From the NCBI GenBank assembly GCA_047967505.1, contig CM106538.1: a DNA stretch of 64,000 bases, one strand, 5' to 3'. The translations under genes were made by a program, and so were the position numbers. The notes below the pieces were generated by a model. That model saw only the letters and a program-made list of their open reading frames with translations. It was not told the DNA's origin and ran no database searches. This DNA comes from Dipteris shenzhenensis (taxonomy: Eukaryota). Below, piece after piece: positions 60,860 to 64,000 of this stretch; the stretch's first letter is position 1, and each line of letters begins with the position of its first letter.

Positions 60860-61250
60860 TCGGATTAAAAAGGGGGGGGGGGGGGGGGGGGGAAAGGGTT
60901 GCATTCATTCACTGGAGAGAGCAGCATGGGGTGCCTTACTTTTTTGGTTCAATTGCAGAGACGCTTGGTTGGATGATGCCTTTCAGACTCAGCCACTGCC
61001 CCTCCGATTTTTGTGGTCGACAAGAGACCTCAGATGCCCATCTATGCACGTATTGATAGATTCTATGTTGATGATACGGGTTTGGATAGAGGTAACTTGG
61101 TATGCATCTTACAAGGAGTTTCACCTCAAATCACTTTCGGATGGTTTTGATGGTCCGTGAGGCTTATTCCAGAGGAGGCTCTGCCAATACCAAGATTTCA
61201 GATGCCTTCTATGCAGAGGAGGACCTAACAGAGGCAGTTTTGCAGATCTA
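60860..61250 (+). mobile_element. Degenerate family A endonuclease fragment
   Basis: HSLERAAW...DAWLDDAF motifs. Confidence 0.75.
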
Positions 61251-61254
61251 GGTT

Positions 61255-64000
61255 TCTTTTCTTTTTTTGGGGCCAAAAAAAGAAATTTTTTATTAAATCC
61301 TTTAAGATAATTTGTACAATGTAGCTCCTACCTTACAAAAGAAAGATTTCTGAGTGTCAGACAGTCCTGAGGTTCTTCTTTGACTGGTACCAAAGAGGGA
61401 AGAACAGGTATAGCTTGAATTTGTAGATCCTTGGGGTAATCAGGGCAACTAGAGTAAGAGGCCAGGTGCTCCTGGGCTTCATCCTGCAGCTAAGAAATGT
61501 ACTCATTGAAATTGTATATGTCCTGGTTGAGCAGGAATCTAGCCTGAGGCAGAAACATAACATGTTCGCTTTTAAAGAAAGAAGCATTTTTGGAAAACCA
61601 GTTAGAGAATAATTGCTCTGCACTGAGGTACTCATCTTTAAACAGAAAAGCATTTCTGGAAAGCCAAATAAACCCAAGGCATGTGCTATGACCACTACCC
61701 ACAACAAGGCATAGGGGGTTTTGACAGCATCTCCCAACAGAATAGATTTCCAGTTGACTGGTTCTCCCATTTTATACTAAATGAATTTCCAAACTTGTCT
61801 GGCACCAGGAAAAGTAATGAAGAGGTGAACAATATCTTCCTTGAGCCCTGGGCATCTTTTGCATAAGCCATCACCTTTCCTATTTTAAGCCCCTTGCAAG
61901 TTGTCCAAACAGCTTTGTGTAATACTAACCAGAGCAAGGTAGACAGTTTCTCTGGTATCCTTTTGTCCCAGATTAAAAGGAATTTGGGCCTCCGTTTGTA
62001 GTTGTTATCTGAGAGCTTCCATCTGGAATTCAAATTGAATACTACTTCCTCAATGTTGTCAGAGGTAGTGGGAAATGGTAGGAAGTGAGGGCTTCCTACC
62101 CAACTAAACTCTCTAGAGTAGATCAAAACTCTCTCTCCCTTCCACGTTATCTCATTGTTCCAAAGCTGTAATCTGCTCGTGATCAAAGGTTGATCATGAT
62201 TAGAAAGCCTGAATTCCCTTCTGATTTCTAACCATGTTTTTTATCGTTATTCCAAGTTGATCCCAGCACTACAGACCCTTCTTAAATAGCTGACCAGCTC
62301 TAGCAAAATCATCATCTCCTAGGTGTTGTGTCTTAAAGATTGTAGGAACCCAAATTGAGTCCAAGGCCATAAAAGAGCCTTTCCCAGCAGTAAAGATAAT
62401 TTGACTTTTTATATGCTCAAAGGCATGCCGCAGTGTTCTCTACAACTGACTGCCCTTGGTTGTGCAAGGTCCTGGGTTGCATAAAGCTGACAGGATGGGG
62501 TAGTTCTTCCATTTGGCATCCCTACTAGGCCTGACATATTGAAAATTTCTCAATAAAAGATTTGCCCAATCACTCTTAGGGTGAATGATAGCCCTTATGA
62601 TCCAATAGGCTGCCAGTTTATAGTTTGGTTGTTGAATGTTGATGACTCCAACCCTCCTTCATTTCTGGGTCTTGTACAGAAATACCACCTCACTTTGGAG
62701 ATTCTCCTCTTAGTATCATTGCCTCCCCATAAGAAAGATCTGCATATTCTGAGAAATTTTTCCAGACCACTTTGTGAGGGGCACCAGCAAGAGAGGTAAA
62801 ATATGGCTATAGGATAAATGCAGTGATTAAGAACAACTCTTCTCCCAGCCAGGTTTGCTTGGAAACCTCTCCATCTGTCCAGCTTAATCTTTAGTCTATT
62901 AAAGAACCATTCCCATCTATCTTTCATACCCACCTTGAAACCCAAAGAATTGTCCAAAAGCCTGAAAATATGCCCCTATTGAAATTTTTAACAACCCAGT
63001 TGTGTTAGCTGTTCCTAATCCTTCCCTGAAAGGAAAGCATACCCCATTTTAGCATGATTGACTTTGGATCCTGAGGCAAGACAAAACAGATCCACACATT
63101 GTAGAGAATTCTGGATGTCTTGTGCTGTGTTCCTTATAGTGAGATTGGTATCATTAGCAAATTGCTGATTTACCAACTGTTGTCAAGAAGGCAGTTCAAT
63201 TCCTAGAATGTTTCCCTCATCAACCTGCTCTTTGATCAACCAGCCCAAAGCATCTGCTGCTATAGCAAAGAGGGATGGGGCTAGTGGACATCCTTGTCTT
63301 ATGGATCTTCTAAGCATAATGGGCTGAGACATTTCCCCATTTATTCATACTTTTGCTGAGGTGTTAGATAAAAGTATAGCCACATGAGTAGAAAACTTTT
63401 CTCCCAGGCCAATATCTTTGAGTGTCCAGAGTAGGAAATTCCAATTGAGCCTGTCATAGGGCTTATCAAAGTCAATCTTAATGAAGCACACATCTTGATG
63501 GGTTTCCTCTGCATGTGTGCATCCTTCCTAGTGTTAATAATTGCTTCCAGTAGATGTCTACCCTTGATGAAACCTTTCTGCTCCTTAAGAATCCACTTGT
63601 CCATTTTGTTCTGCAATCTTAAAGCAGTAGCCTTGGCAAATCTTGTAACTGCAATTCAAAATTGTCAGTGGCCTCCAGTTCTTCAATTCGGTTCTATCTC
63701 CTTCTTTGGTATGAGCTGGATGATTTCTCCATTTACATATCCAGGGATAGCGCCCAATTCCAAACACTCCTGCCATAATTGAAGTAGGCAAGGACCTATT
63801 ACTTCCCAAAAAACTTTATAGAACTCCCTCTCCTGGTGTTTTTCCATCAGTCATCTGAAAAAATGCCTCTTTGAGCTCCTAGAGAGTAATGTCAGTGTCT
63901 AACTGCATCTTATCTAAGCTTGAGACCACCTTCTTCCTGGCTTCCTAGCATTTTCTTCTACCCTCAACAATCTAAGGACTTAGATGGTCTATGGTGCTTA
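61255..64000 (-). mobile_element. Degenerate LINE (family D) RT and 3' end, running off the window
   Basis: KNWRPLTILNCSYK, QKGFIKGR, RSIRQGCPLAP and LNHC/FLWGG motifs; T-rich tail at about 61255-61270. Confidence 0.85.

Overview
Plant genomic DNA, most likely a fern or another non-seed land plant (inferred from gene family and TE content). The backbone is one minus-strand gene, a RhoGAP-like + FH1 + FH2 (class III-type) formin. Seven exons chain with GT-AG sites and consistent phases between 46570 and 789; its 5' exons were not found. Two giant introns (1848-29897, 28,050 bp; 32045-46116, about 14 kb) and the upstream 17 kb are filled with nested retroelements. These include several L1/Tx1-like LINE families (my working labels A, B, C and D), an RTE-X-like LINE, a gag-only LTR element, a non-coding LTR element and a chromovirus lacking RT. 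The most unusual signals are three. One LINE family (B) sits as a head-to-tail array with every junction in a (CA)n microsatellite. Its 5' UTRs are packed with CCGTAC/GTAC motifs, the SBP-box core. There is also a perfect 78-bp hairpin. Several LINE rearrangements are visible as well (a twin-priming-like inversion, an ORF1 segment swapped into ORF2, and an ORF1-only element with a TSD). All calls were made by eye, without database searches.
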